Shown here in pieces: positions 53,446-62,267 of a stretch of DNA of 64,000 nt (the first letter of the stretch is position 1; every line of letters begins with the position of its first letter). The notes beneath the pieces are model-generated. The model ran no database searches and was not told the origin of the DNA. It worked only from the letters and a program-made list of their open reading frames with translations. Both the position numbers and the translations under genes were made by a program. The DNA comes from an uncultured Eubacteriales bacterium (GTDB lineage: Bacteria > Bacillota > Clostridia > Monoglobales > CAYZNM01), in contig CAYZNM010000006.1 in NCBI GenBank assembly GCA_964479875.1, forward strand, positions 4,565-68,564, given 5' to 3'.

Positions 53446-55326
53446 TTACTTTTGCTTAGGGAAGCGGATTTCTTCCAGCCAATCGGGCTTGTCGTAGGTT
53501 TCGGTGGTGTCCGTCCACTCGTTGAAGTTGCGGATTGTGGATACTGCCATGTAGACCATTAGTGCGCCCCAGTGGTAGAATTTGTCGCTTGCGCTTTCGG
53601 CTGTGATGGCGTTGTAGTTTTCGCCTACTGCGCCGTGCTCTTTCCAACACTTGATGAAGAGATTGTAGCCGCGGCGTACTACCTCGCGCCATATATCCAT
53701 GCGACCTGTGCGCATTATGCCTTCGGCTGCGATGAAGTTGGTGGGTGCCCATATGCGTCCGCGCCAGTAGTCTTGCTCGGGGAAGGTTGCGTCGCAGCGC
53801 GCTATGTTGGGGATTACATAGTCGCCCCAGAATTCGTTTTCGTTTAAGAGGTGGTCGTTGATTAGGTGGTTTTCGCGTTCCTTGTCAGCTATGCCTGCGG
53901 TTAGGGCGTAGAAGTGGGTGAGGGATAGGGTGGGGTCGAACTCGCCGTTCCAGTGCTTGTTCATGTAGCACTTTACGCTGTCGTCCCATAGCTCGCGGTT
54001 GATTTTTTCGGCTAGGGTTACGCGGCGGGATTCTAGCTCCTTGCGTTCGTCCTCTTTGCCTAGGAGTGTCGCCATTTTTTCCAGGATTTCGCAGTCCATT
54101 ACCATTAGGCAGTTTAAGCCTGCGTAGGATAATTCTAGGCAGTGCAGCTTTTCGTTGAAGACTGCTCTGTCCCACATCGGCGAGTTGTCTATGCCGCTTT
54201 CCCATTGTGCGCCTATGCGCGCGGCGCATTCGTCGCAGTTCCACGCTTCGTCGGTGGGTTCAAATTCCCACGGGGTGGAGGCAAGCTCCAACAGGCCGTC
54301 GCCATTGAAGTCGCGCTCGCGGAAGCGCCAGCGATTCCACTCGAGTAAGCCGTTGAAACATTCTTCGATAAACCATTTGTCGCCGTATTGTAGGTACAGC
54401 TTCCACGCAACCATTGCGCCGACTTGGGGCTCGCTGCGGTCGCGGCTTGGGCCTCTGCCGCCGCCTAGGTTGGGAATCATACCTTCGGGGGTTACCTCTT
54501 CCATGATGGAGAAGAATGTGGAGTAGGCGTGGTTTTTGTCGAGCAGGCCGTATTGCAGTGCAGCAAAGAATGTGTCCCAGCCGAATAATACATAGTCGCC
54601 GAAGCCGGAGGGGCGTTTGCACCAGTTGCGGCTTACGGGGGTGACAACTCTGTCGTTGGTGAAGTCGTAGACTTTGTTCCACAGCAGACTGCGGCGCATT
54701 GCAGACAACGCCTCGCCTAGGTCGCCTTTGGCAGTGATTGTGCTTTCGAGCCACTTCTCACGCGAATCCACTAGCATTTTGTCGATTTCGACTTCGTTCG
54801 CGCTGCTGTTGACTGTAAAGTAAACTGCCTTGTCAGCAGCTCCGTACACATGCGGTGCAGTTACAGGATTCCACGTAGGCTTATCGCAACCATTCACTAC
54901 GCGTAAAGTAAATTGCTTGTCACCTGTTTTTGCCACCGCATTGTCGCCCTCATACGAAAACGACATCTTTCGCGAGAACAGTTCCCCTGCTTCAAGTGCA
55001 ACGCACATGCCAAACCTTGCTTTAATAGGCGTAACCTTCATGCAGAGCGAATCCTTGCAGGCAGTCGCTTCCACCTTGTACTCACCGCCTTCAATTGATA
55101 CAATAACCTCGCTGTAGCTGCCGTCCAGCGAATGCTCGCCGAATGTTACAACCTCGTCCCAGCCTATGTTGTAGCAGTACCTGTTAAGGTGCGGCACGAA
55201 AAAGCTTAGGTTGACCCTAAGCCGTTCGGGCATTAGCACATGCGCAGTCACCGACTGCGAATCCCATGTGTTCCACCCTTGTGCGATTTCATCATAAAGC
55301 TGCTTTGAACGCTTTGAAATTACCAT
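53446..55326 (-). CDS. six-hairpin (alpha/alpha)6 glycoside hydrolase, GH63/GH37-like (MGH1/trehalase-like)
   Basis: 626 aa. C-terminal catalytic-domain motifs (GWDTFF, EFWGDYVIPN, QDYWRGRIWAPTNF) resemble the GH63/trehalase-like clan. Substrate unknown. Confidence 0.7.
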   Translation of the reverse strand: MVISKRSKQLYDEIAQGWNTWDSQSVTAHVLMPERLRVNLSFFVPHLNRYCYNIGWDEVVTFGEHSLDGSYSEVIVSIEGGEYKVEATACKDSLCMKVTPIKARFGMCVALEAGELFSRKMSFSYEGDNAVAKTGDKQFTLRVVNGCDKPTWNPVTAPHVYGAADKAVYFTVNSSANEVEIDKMLVDSREKWLESTITAKGDLGEALSAMRRSLLWNKVYDFTNDRVVTPVSRNWCKRPSGFGDYVLFGWDTFFAALQYGLLDKNHAYSTFFSIMEEVTPEGMIPNLGGGRGPSRDRSEPQVGAMVAWKLYLQYGDKWFIEECFNGLLEWNRWRFRERDFNGDGLLELASTPWEFEPTDEAWNCDECAARIGAQWESGIDNSPMWDRAVFNEKLHCLELSYAGLNCLMVMDCEILEKMATLLGKEDERKELESRRVTLAEKINRELWDDSVKCYMNKHWNGEFDPTLSLTHFYALTAGIADKERENHLINDHLLNENEFWGDYVIPNIARCDATFPEQDYWRGRIWAPTNFIAAEGIMRTGRMDIWREVVRRGYNLFIKCWKEHGAVGENYNAITAESASDKFYHWGALMVYMAVSTIRNFNEWTDTTETYDKPDWLEEIRFPKQK

Positions 55327-55336
55327 AGTATCCTCT

Positions 55337-56650
55337 TTAGTTTTTTATTTTATCCGCAAGTAAGTTTGCGTAGGATTTTATTGTGTCTTGGTCTTCCCCT
55401 TCTATCATTATGCGAATTAGTGGTTCTGTGCCAGATTTTCGGATTAGCAGCCTGCCGTTTCCGTCTAGGATTTCTTCTATGCGCTTTATCTCGTCTACGA
55501 CTTCGGGGGCGGATAGGCGGCTTTCGTCTACGTCGCGGACGTTTACTAGGATTTGTGGGTAGACTGTCATTATTTTTGCCATGTGGCTTACTTTTTTGCC
55601 GCGGGCAATTTCGGCTATGCAGAGGGCGGTTAGTGTGCCGTCGCCTGTTACAGAGAAGTGCGGCAGGATTATGTGGCCGGATTGCTCACCGCCTACGGAA
55701 TAGCCGCCTTGCTGCATTTCTTGCAGGACGTATTTGTCGCCGACAGGGGTTTTCAGTATGTTGATTCCCATCTTTTCGGCGGCTTTGAACATGCCTAGGT
55801 TGCTCATAACTGTGGCTACGATTGTGTTGTGGTTAAGCTTGCCTTGTTTCTTTAGGTCGTCGGCGATAATCAGCATGATTTTGTCGCCGTCGACTATTTC
55901 GCCGTTTTCGTCTACGCATAGTGCGCGGTCGCAGTCGCCGTCGAATGCGAAGCCCATGTCGTAACCACCGCTTTTCACAAGCTCACACAAGCCGCCCATA
56001 TGCGTAGAGCCGCAGTCTTTGTTTATATTTGCACCGTCGGGAGTTGTGTTAATACAGGTTATGTCCGCGCCCAGACGCTTGAATACAGCAGGGGCAATGG
56101 CATATGCTGCGCCGTTTGCGCAATCCAGCGCAATGCGCATACCTTCAAGGCTGCCGCTTGCGCATTCGCAGAGGAAGTCGAGGTAAGGGCTTATGTCCAC
56201 GTCCTTGCAATGCCCTATGTCGAAGGGGGAAGCAAGCGGAACTTCGCTTATGTTATCTATGTAGTATTCTATCTCTTCTTCTATATCGTCGCTTAACTTG
56301 TTGCCGCTTTTGTTGAAAAACTTAATGCCGTTTTGTTCACATGGATTATGGGACGCAGATATTACAACTCCTGCTTCCGCTTGGTGTAGCCGCGTCAAGA
56401 ATGATACGGCAGGCGTAGGTACAACTCCCGCGTACAATATGTCTGCGCCGACAGAGAGTATCCCTGCCGCCATTGCCGATTGCAGCATATCGCAGGATAG
56501 CCGCGTGTCCTTGCCTATCACCAACTTGGATTTATCATAATGCTTCGTGAGTACATACGCGCCTGCTACGCCTAATCTATATGCAAGCTCTGCTGTGAGG
56601 TTTTGGTTGGCGATACCTCTAACGCCGTCTGTTCCAAAATACTTGCCCAT
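55337..56650 (-). CDS. glmM: phosphoglucosamine mutase
   Basis: MGKYFGTDGVRG..., active site ISASHNP, FDGDCDR. Canonical GlmM downstream of cdaA-cdaR. Confidence 0.97.
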   Translation of the reverse strand: MGKYFGTDGVRGIANQNLTAELAYRLGVAGAYVLTKHYDKSKLVIGKDTRLSCDMLQSAMAAGILSVGADILYAGVVPTPAVSFLTRLHQAEAGVVISASHNPCEQNGIKFFNKSGNKLSDDIEEEIEYYIDNISEVPLASPFDIGHCKDVDISPYLDFLCECASGSLEGMRIALDCANGAAYAIAPAVFKRLGADITCINTTPDGANINKDCGSTHMGGLCELVKSGGYDMGFAFDGDCDRALCVDENGEIVDGDKIMLIIADDLKKQGKLNHNTIVATVMSNLGMFKAAEKMGINILKTPVGDKYVLQEMQQGGYSVGGEQSGHIILPHFSVTGDGTLTALCIAEIARGKKVSHMAKIMTVYPQILVNVRDVDESRLSAPEVVDEIKRIEEILDGNGRLLIRKSGTEPLIRIMIEGEDQDTIKSYANLLADKIKN

Positions 56651-56712
56651 GTTTTTCCTCCTATTTAAAAGGACGCGTGGATAGCGCGCCCCTGCTATTT
56701 TTGTTGTATTGC

Positions 56713-57729
56713 CTAATCGTAAATCCTTTGCATTTGAATTGTTACATTTTCCCAGTCGCCTTGCTCTGTCGTTACATTTTCAGGCAGATCTAGGGGGGTG
56801 TTGAAGGTTGCGCCCTCTAGGTATGTGTTGGCTTCTATCTTCTTGGTGCTTACCTTGGTGATGGAATCGATTAACGCTTTTGGCCCTAGGATTGTCACCT
56901 CTTGGTTGCCTAAAATAATCGGGTTGTATGAGAACGACAGTGTTTCAGATGTTTCAACAATCTCGCCGTCTATTTCTTCTTCGGTCGTTTTGAAGTCCTT
57001 GCCTTGCTTGGGCGAATAGACTATCTCAATCGGCACTTTTTTCTTTTTAAGCACCTGATACTTTATCTCGACGCTTTCTATGCCTGATTGAATCATGCCC
57101 TTGTCAACCTCGGCTCCGCTTGCGTTTATGAAGTCAATCTCGGCTTTTTCAACTATGTCGTCAACTTTGTTGCCTATATCTACTGTGATTACGGCGTGGT
57201 CAATTGCGTCGACGTATGATTGGGGGCCTTCGACTTTGACTTGGCTTTCGGATTGAGTTTTCTCGCCGATGATGTATTCGCTTCCTAGCTCGCCTTCGGT
57301 TTTAACCTCTATTGGCAGGGTTTTTGTCACCTTTGTTTCAAGCTCAAGCGTGAATGAGCCTGGGCTTATCGCAGTCACGGCTATGTCAGGGCTGCTTGGA
57401 ACAAGTATCGCGCCTACCTTTAGGTCGTATATTCCCGGGGCGTTGCATACTGCAAGGTCAACGTTCGCACGTATGTCGTCCGCGATAATGCGATGTACCT
57501 TGTTGCGGCTGCCTTTAATCGTTATGTCAGTGGAGAGATTCTCATCCTTGCGAATTATCACTAAGTTGCGGTTGGTGATTTCAAGCGTGTTGGTGTAGTA
57601 AACATGCACGCCTCGGATAACTCGCTCCGTTTCGGGGTCGAGTATGATGGAGAGGTAGAACCATAAGCCTATCGCAAGCACTACAGACAGTATCTTTATC
57701 CCTAAATCATCTAAGAAATATTTCTTCAT
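56713..57729 (-). CDS. cdaR: CdaR (YbbR-domain) regulator of diadenylate cyclase
   Basis: 338 aa with an N-terminal TM and repeated YbbR-like beta domains. Overlaps the cdaA stop by 4 nt. Confidence 0.85.
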   Translation of the reverse strand: MKKYFLDDLGIKILSVVLAIGLWFYLSIILDPETERVIRGVHVYYTNTLEITNRNLVIIRKDENLSTDITIKGSRNKVHRIIADDIRANVDLAVCNAPGIYDLKVGAILVPSSPDIAVTAISPGSFTLELETKVTKTLPIEVKTEGELGSEYIIGEKTQSESQVKVEGPQSYVDAIDHAVITVDIGNKVDDIVEKAEIDFINASGAEVDKGMIQSGIESVEIKYQVLKKKKVPIEIVYSPKQGKDFKTTEEEIDGEIVETSETLSFSYNPIILGNQEVTILGPKALIDSITKVSTKKIEANTYLEGATFNTPLDLPENVTTEQGDWENVTIQMQRIYD

Positions 57730-58601
57730 GCTTGCTCACTCTTTCCGCTTTTCTTCTGCCTTGGGCGGCGTACGTGCTTTTTTTCGACAGGCTTCAACAT
57801 TTGATATATGCGTTTGTAGAGTACGTCGGGCGTGAGGTGGCGCGTGAGATTGCCGTCTAGGGCTATGGAGATTGTGCCTGTTTCCTCCGATGTGATTATG
57901 CAGATACAGTCCGCACTTTCGCTCATCCCGATAGCGGCACGGTGACGCGTACCCAATTGGCTGTCAAGCTGATTATTCTGCGTGAGGGGGAGTATGCAGG
58001 CGGCTGCCTTAATGCGCAAGTCCTGCACAACAACAGCTCCGTCATGCAGCGGCGTATCCTTGATGAATATGTTAAGCAGCAGCTCCTTGCTTATGCAAGC
58101 GTCGGTGAGTATACCTGTGGAGGCTATGTCGTCAAGCTTAGTCCTGCGCTCGATTATGATTAGGCAGCCTAGCTTTTCGCGCGACAATTCCGCAACAGCG
58201 TCGGCGATAGCGCGGCAGTTATGCTGCACTTCCTCATCCTTCACCTTTACCTCGGTAAAGTTTACTATTCCGCCGATTTTGCTCCTGCCCATCTGTTCAA
58301 GCGCGCGCCTAAACTCAGGCTGGAACAGCACGATGACCGCGATAAGCCCAACCTGCACAGCATTAATCAATATGTAGTTCACCATTATAAGCTTGAACCA
58401 CTCGCTCACGAATAAAAGCAGCAAAATAATGACTATGCCCTTGAGCAGCTGCGCCGCACGCGATTTCTTTACAAACCTTATCAGCTGAAAGATAACGTAC
58501 GCCACAATAGCAATATCAAGATAGTCAGCCAGACGCATATACAGCAGGGTGGTAGCAATATTGCTCATGAATATGTCAATTAGCTCCAATATATCACCCA
58601 C
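57726..58601 (-). CDS. cdaA: diadenylate cyclase CdaA
   Basis: 291 aa. 3 N-terminal TM helices plus a DAC domain (GALIIIER-like GCLIIIERR, DGAVVV, RHRAAIG). Confidence 0.95.
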   Translation of the reverse strand: MGDILELIDIFMSNIATTLLYMRLADYLDIAIVAYVIFQLIRFVKKSRAAQLLKGIVIILLLLFVSEWFKLIMVNYILINAVQVGLIAVIVLFQPEFRRALEQMGRSKIGGIVNFTEVKVKDEEVQHNCRAIADAVAELSREKLGCLIIIERRTKLDDIASTGILTDACISKELLLNIFIKDTPLHDGAVVVQDLRIKAAACILPLTQNNQLDSQLGTRHRAAIGMSESADCICIITSEETGTISIALDGNLTRHLTPDVLYKRIYQMLKPVEKKHVRRPRQKKSGKSEQA

Positions 58602-58628
58602 TCACAATGTATTTCTAAATCGGCAATC

Positions 58629-58650
58629 GGGCGAACGCTGTTCGCCCCTA
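58629..58650. repeat. REP-like hairpin GGGCGAACGCTGTTCGCCCCTA
   Basis: Near-identical to the core at 40384-40407. Confidence 0.7.
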
Positions 58651-58722
58651 TGTGTATTTATTCTATCATATTATAATGGTCTTGTCGAGTGTATTTTAGC
58701 ATGTAGCAGATAGTCAATTAAC

Positions 58723-58817
58723 TTTAAAACTGTCTGCTAGTCAATCGCGTTTCTTTGATTACATCTGCATTTATCGCACTTCTATTGTTATTGATTGAAA
58801 CGCGATTGACTATATTA
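58723..58817 (+). repeat. about 95-bp palindromic intergenic element, copy 2
   Basis: TTTAAAACTGTCTGCTA-GTCAATCGCGTTTCTTTGATT...TTGATTGAAACGCGATTGAC-TATATT. The 14-bp terminal inverted repeats are perfect and the interior diverges from the other copies. Confidence 0.8.
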
Positions 58818-58864
58818 CAATTGTGTTAAATTTTTGTTACAAAATTATTACATAAAATGCCCCC

Positions 58865-59983
58865 TTATAAAGTTTTTATACATTTGAGGAAGTAGTCGAT
58901 GTCTTCCTTTGTCGTGAGCGACGATATGCTTGCTCGGAGTATTCCGTATTTTACTGTGCCTAGTGTGGTGTGCGCAAGCACGCTACAGTGCATTCCGCCG
59001 CGTGTTGCTATGTCGTATTTATCGGACAATAACTGCGCAGTGTCTGCGCTGTCCCTGCCGATTAAATCTATCGCGAACACGCCTACTCTGTTTGAGCCGC
59101 CGAGTAATCGTATGCCGTGAATCTCTTTGAGCTTGCTCTCGAAATATCGGATAAGCGGAGCTTCATGCTCGTACATTCCGCGCCGCGAATTTTGCAGGAT
59201 ATACTGGACGCCTGCGTTAAGCCCCGCTATGCCCAGGGTGTTAAGCGTGCCGCTTTCGTATCTGTCAGGTAAAAAGTCAGGCTGCTCCAGGCTTTCGGAG
59301 TAGCTGCCTGTGCCGCCGAATTTTAGCGGAATCAAGTCCATGCCCTCGCCGATGTACAATCCACCTGTGCCTGTAGGGCCGAACAAGCCTTTGTGTCCCG
59401 GGAATGCAAGCATGTCGATGCACATATCGTCAACGTCAATCGGCAGAATCCCTGCTGTTTGTGCAGCGTCCACTAAAAAAGGTATGCCGAGCGAGCGTAC
59501 CGTTTTGCCTATCGCTTTTATGTTGTTTATCGTGCCTGTCACATTGGAAGCGTGCGTCGCAACTACAAGGCATGTGTCGTCTGTGATACAGCTGCCTATT
59601 GTCGCCGCCTTGACCTCGCCGTTGTTGTCTGCTTTTGCTACGGAATATCGCGCACCTGCGCCGACTATCGGGCGTATGACGGAGTTATGCTCCATGCCTG
59701 TGATGACTACGTGCGGATTCTTCGACTTTTTGATGATTCCGTTGATTGCAAGGTTTAGCGCTTCAGTGCAGTTTGATGTAAAAATGATTCGGGAGCTGTC
59801 GCTTATGTTAAAGAGAGCGGCCAAGCTCTCTCTTAGGTTGAAGCATGTTTCGGCGGCGCGCATTGACGCGCTGTGCGAACCTCTGCCTGCGTTCGCCATA
59901 TAATTGTACATACAATCGCTTAACGCTTCATAGACGCATTGCGGCTTTATCAAGGTTGTCGCGGCGTTGTCAAGGTATACCAT
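58865..59983 (-). CDS. class V aminotransferase-fold cysteine desulfurase-family protein
   Basis: 372 aa. MVYLDNAATT..., AFPGHKGLFGPTGTGGL (PLP-lysine region), HCSVLAH. Paired with a DUF3343 gene. Confidence 0.85.
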   Translation of the reverse strand: MVYLDNAATTLIKPQCVYEALSDCMYNYMANAGRGSHSASMRAAETCFNLRESLAALFNISDSSRIIFTSNCTEALNLAINGIIKKSKNPHVVITGMEHNSVIRPIVGAGARYSVAKADNNGEVKAATIGSCITDDTCLVVATHASNVTGTINNIKAIGKTVRSLGIPFLVDAAQTAGILPIDVDDMCIDMLAFPGHKGLFGPTGTGGLYIGEGMDLIPLKFGGTGSYSESLEQPDFLPDRYESGTLNTLGIAGLNAGVQYILQNSRRGMYEHEAPLIRYFESKLKEIHGIRLLGGSNRVGVFAIDLIGRDSADTAQLLSDKYDIATRGGMHCSVLAHTTLGTVKYGILRASISSLTTKEDIDYFLKCIKTL

Positions 59984-59986
59984 CGC

Positions 59987-60232
59987 CTACACCTCGTAAT
60001 ACTCGTTGCCGCGCATACGGAACGTACGCTTAGGCGTAATACCGATTTGTTGGCACGCTTTAAGCACAGCGTTCAGCTTATCCTTGCGAACTTTAACCGA
60101 ATACGAGCAGCCGTTTAATCCAAGCGACCGCGGCGTATGAATAACCGCCACAAAATCGCCTTCATATTTAAAGTGATTTTTCAATCTCATAGCAAAGGTT
60201 ATCGAACTAAACGCTATTATATAATAATCCAT
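59987..60232 (-). CDS. DUF3343-family small protein (putative S/Se-relay accessory)
   Basis: 81 aa from the ATG at 60232 (GGAGGG RBS). MDYYIIAFSSITFAMRLKNHF... pattern and its position upstream of a cysteine desulfurase are typical of DUF3343. Confidence 0.7.
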   Translation of the reverse strand: MDYYIIAFSSITFAMRLKNHFKYEGDFVAVIHTPRSLGLNGCSYSVKVRKDKLNAVLKACQQIGITPKRTFRMRGNEYYEV

Positions 60233-60269
60233 CTTTTCCCTCCGTAAAACATTTATATACTCAGCACAG

Positions 60270-60364
60270 TTTAAAACTGTGAGCAAGTCAATCGCGTTTC
60301 TTTGATTCTATCGGCGTTTATCAAACGAATATAGTCGAGGAATGAAACGCGATTGACTGTGTGA
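60270..60364 (+). repeat. about 95-bp palindromic intergenic element, copy 3
   Basis: TTTAAAACTGTGAGCAA-GTCAATCGCGTTTCTTTGATTC...GTCGAGGAATGAAACGCGATTGAC-TGTGTGA. Same orientation as copy 2. Very similar to the reverse complement of copy 1. Confidence 0.8.
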
Positions 60365-60426
60365 ACCAATATAGGTTTATAGAAATAGGGTTTTATTATA
60401 TAATATGCGTGGTGGCGTTGGGTAGT

Positions 60427-60454
60427 GAGGAATTAGGAATGAGGAATGAGGAAT
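60427..60454 (+). repeat. four tandem heptamers (GAGGAAT TAGGAAT GAGGAAT GAGGAAT) abutting the HigB-like promoter
   Basis: Read directly. The array ends 6 nt upstream of the -35 TTGACT. Confidence 0.75.
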
Positions 60455-60460
60455 TGGGGG

Positions 60461-60489
60461 TTGACTTTATATATCATATATGGTATAAT
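60461..60489 (+). promoter_or_regulatory. predicted promoter of the HigB/HigA-like pair
   Basis: TTGACT (60461-60466) -17- TATAAT (60484-60489). Confidence 0.6.
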
Positions 60490-60528
60490 TAATCCATAAC
60501 AAGGGAATAATACAAATGAGGATTGCTT

Positions 60529-60876
60529 ATGTGGTCTGTGGAATACTATGAATTGGAAAACGGATATAAACCCGCATATGAGTTTATAAATGGGCTGTCC
60601 TCTAAAATGAGGGCAAAAGCTTTCAAGGAACTGGAAATACTGCAAGGGATGGGGAACCAACTTAGAGAACCATACTCTAAGCCTATTCAAGACGGCATAT
60701 TTGAGCTTAGAATAAAATTAGGAATTGATATTTCACGAGTGTTTTATTTCTTTTATGTTGGGAATAAAATCATTTTAACGAATGGTTTTATAAAGAAAAC
60801 ACAAAAAACGCCAAAAAATGAGATCGAAAAAGCTATGCGCTATAAACAAGATTATGACAGGAGGCAATCATTATGA
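60529..60876 (+). CDS. Gp49/HigB-like (DUF891) RelE-superfamily toxin
   Basis: WSVEYYELENGYKPAYEFINGLSSKMRAKAFKELEILQGMGNQLREPYSKPIQDGIFELRIK...RVFYFFYVGNKIILTNGFIKKTQKTP matches the phage Gp49 family pattern. Confidence 0.85.
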   Translation: MWSVEYYELENGYKPAYEFINGLSSKMRAKAFKELEILQGMGNQLREPYSKPIQDGIFELRIKLGIDISRVFYFFYVGNKIILTNGFIKKTQKTPKNEIEKAMRYKQDYDRRQSL

Positions 60877-61142
60877 CGCTGGAACAACATTTAGAGGAAC
60901 AACTGAAAAATCCTGAATTTGCAAAAGAGTATAAAGCCTTAGAATCCGAATACGAGATTATAAAACAAGTAATCATCGCCCGAAACGAATTAAATTTAAC
61001 TCAAAAAGAACTCGCCGAACGAACCGGAATCAAACAAAGCAACATCAGCCGCTTGGAGAGCGGCAATTACAATCCCTCGATAGGCTTCTTGAAGAAAATC
61101 GCCGAAGGGCTTGGAAAAGAATTGCATATAGAATTTAGGTAG
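60873..61142 (+). CDS. XRE-family HTH antitoxin (HigA-like)
   Basis: 89 aa. 4-nt overlap with the toxin stop. LNLTQKELAERTGIKQSNISRLESGNYNPSIGFLKKIAEGLG HTH. Confidence 0.85.
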   Translation: MTLEQHLEEQLKNPEFAKEYKALESEYEIIKQVIIARNELNLTQKELAERTGIKQSNISRLESGNYNPSIGFLKKIAEGLGKELHIEFR

Positions 61143-61177
61143 TGGCGGGGCTTTACTCCGCCCGTTTCTAAAATGTG

Positions 61178-61687
61178 TCAACTATACATGTCAGCTACGC
61201 CTTGCAGGAAGTCAATGATTATGATGTGCTCCTTCTTCCAAATGATGCAATCATAGGCATACAGTCCGCAAATAAATATTAGCAACAGAATGTCAAACAG
61301 TGCTATGGGGATTGGGATATTTGCTATGCCGCCGCTTGATGTGCTTATAAGCATGGTGAAGCAAAAATAGAAGCAAAGGAAAAGAGCATAGTGTATGCGC
61401 GACAGTTTTGTCAGCTTGCGCTTCCCTGAAACAATAATGAAGCCATTGGACTCACTTATTTCGCCGTAAAATGACCACGGCACAAAGCATCCGCGGCCGG
61501 AGTTCTCCTCCGGCGTTCTGTTTCGGTGTAGGACGAATTTGTCGCGGTCGAATGTCGAGCGTATGCTGTTTTGGTCGTAGCCTCAGCCGAAAAAGCCGTA
61601 CGTCCATGTGTCCTCGAAAGGGAGGGTGCGGGCTTTGACGTAACTAATGAATTCGGCTTTGGTGCAGTTTATTTTGTATGTAAGCAT
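61178..61687 (-). pseudogene. membrane protein paralog of 61704-62219 interrupted by a single in-frame TGA
   Basis: The ATG at 61687 (AAGGGG RBS) opens a 170-codon frame to 61178 with one TGA at codon 35 (61583-61585). It aligns without gaps to the upstream paralog (MLTYKINCTKAEF / MITLRINCTKGEF; ...DFLQGVADMYS / ...DFLNEVADFYS). Confidence 0.7.
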
Positions 61688-61703
61688 CGTTAACCCCTTT
61701 GCG

Positions 61704-62219
61704 TTACGCTCCCGAATAAAAATCAGCCACCTCGTTTAAGAAGTCCGCGATTTTATTGTACTCTTTCTTGAACGCCAATGAATAAAGCTTTGTTGAGCAA
61801 TAAAAAAACAGCGCGGACGCAATACATGGAATTAGGAAAAAGCCTAAATCCCTGAAGAAGATGTAGTTAAACCCATCATTGAATAATGCCATAGCCAAAA
61901 AACCAAGAGATGGTAGCAACGGACTTATTCGCGCAAACCTTGTGTATTCAAAATAGCCTACAACCACAATGCCGTCGCTGCATTCGTTTATTTCGCCCCA
62001 GAAGGATTTTGGCGCAATTGCGCCCGGGGCAAATATATCGCCTGCGCTTTTGTTGAGGTGGAGTGTGAAGCTGTTTTCTTCAAACGAGCTTTGTATTTTG
62101 GTTCTTTTGAAGTCAAAGCCTGACACCCCGTAAAACCATGTGTTTTTGAAGGGGATTGTGTGGGATTTTATATAATTAACAAATTCACCTTTTGTGCAAT
62201 TTATTCTCAAAGTTATCAT
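61704..62219 (-). CDS. hypothetical membrane protein (candidate immunity-type protein)
   Basis: Soluble N-terminal half plus 2-3 hydrophobic helices (LLPSLGFLAMALF, GFFLIPCIASALFFY). The start is placed at 62219 by alignment with the paralog (the track uses GTG 62237). The RBS is poor either way. Confidence 0.6.
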   Translation of the reverse strand: MITLRINCTKGEFVNYIKSHTIPFKNTWFYGVSGFDFKRTKIQSSFEENSFTLHLNKSAGDIFAPGAIAPKSFWGEINECSDGIVVVGYFEYTRFARISPLLPSLGFLAMALFNDGFNYIFFRDLGFFLIPCIASALFFYCSTKLYSLAFKKEYNKIADFLNEVADFYSGA

Positions 62220-62267
62220 TGTTGAATTTACCGTCACTTTCGTTCGTATATACCCCCTTAATTAAGA

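Noticed and set aside
61583-61585. In-frame TGA considered as a selenocysteine codon, given the nearby DUF3343/cysteine-desulfurase pair that is often linked to Se/S trafficking.
   Set aside because: No SECIS-like hairpin was evident immediately downstream. The paralog has Phe rather than Cys at that position. selA, selB and selD are not seen in the window. A nonsense mutation (TGG to TGA) is the simpler explanation.
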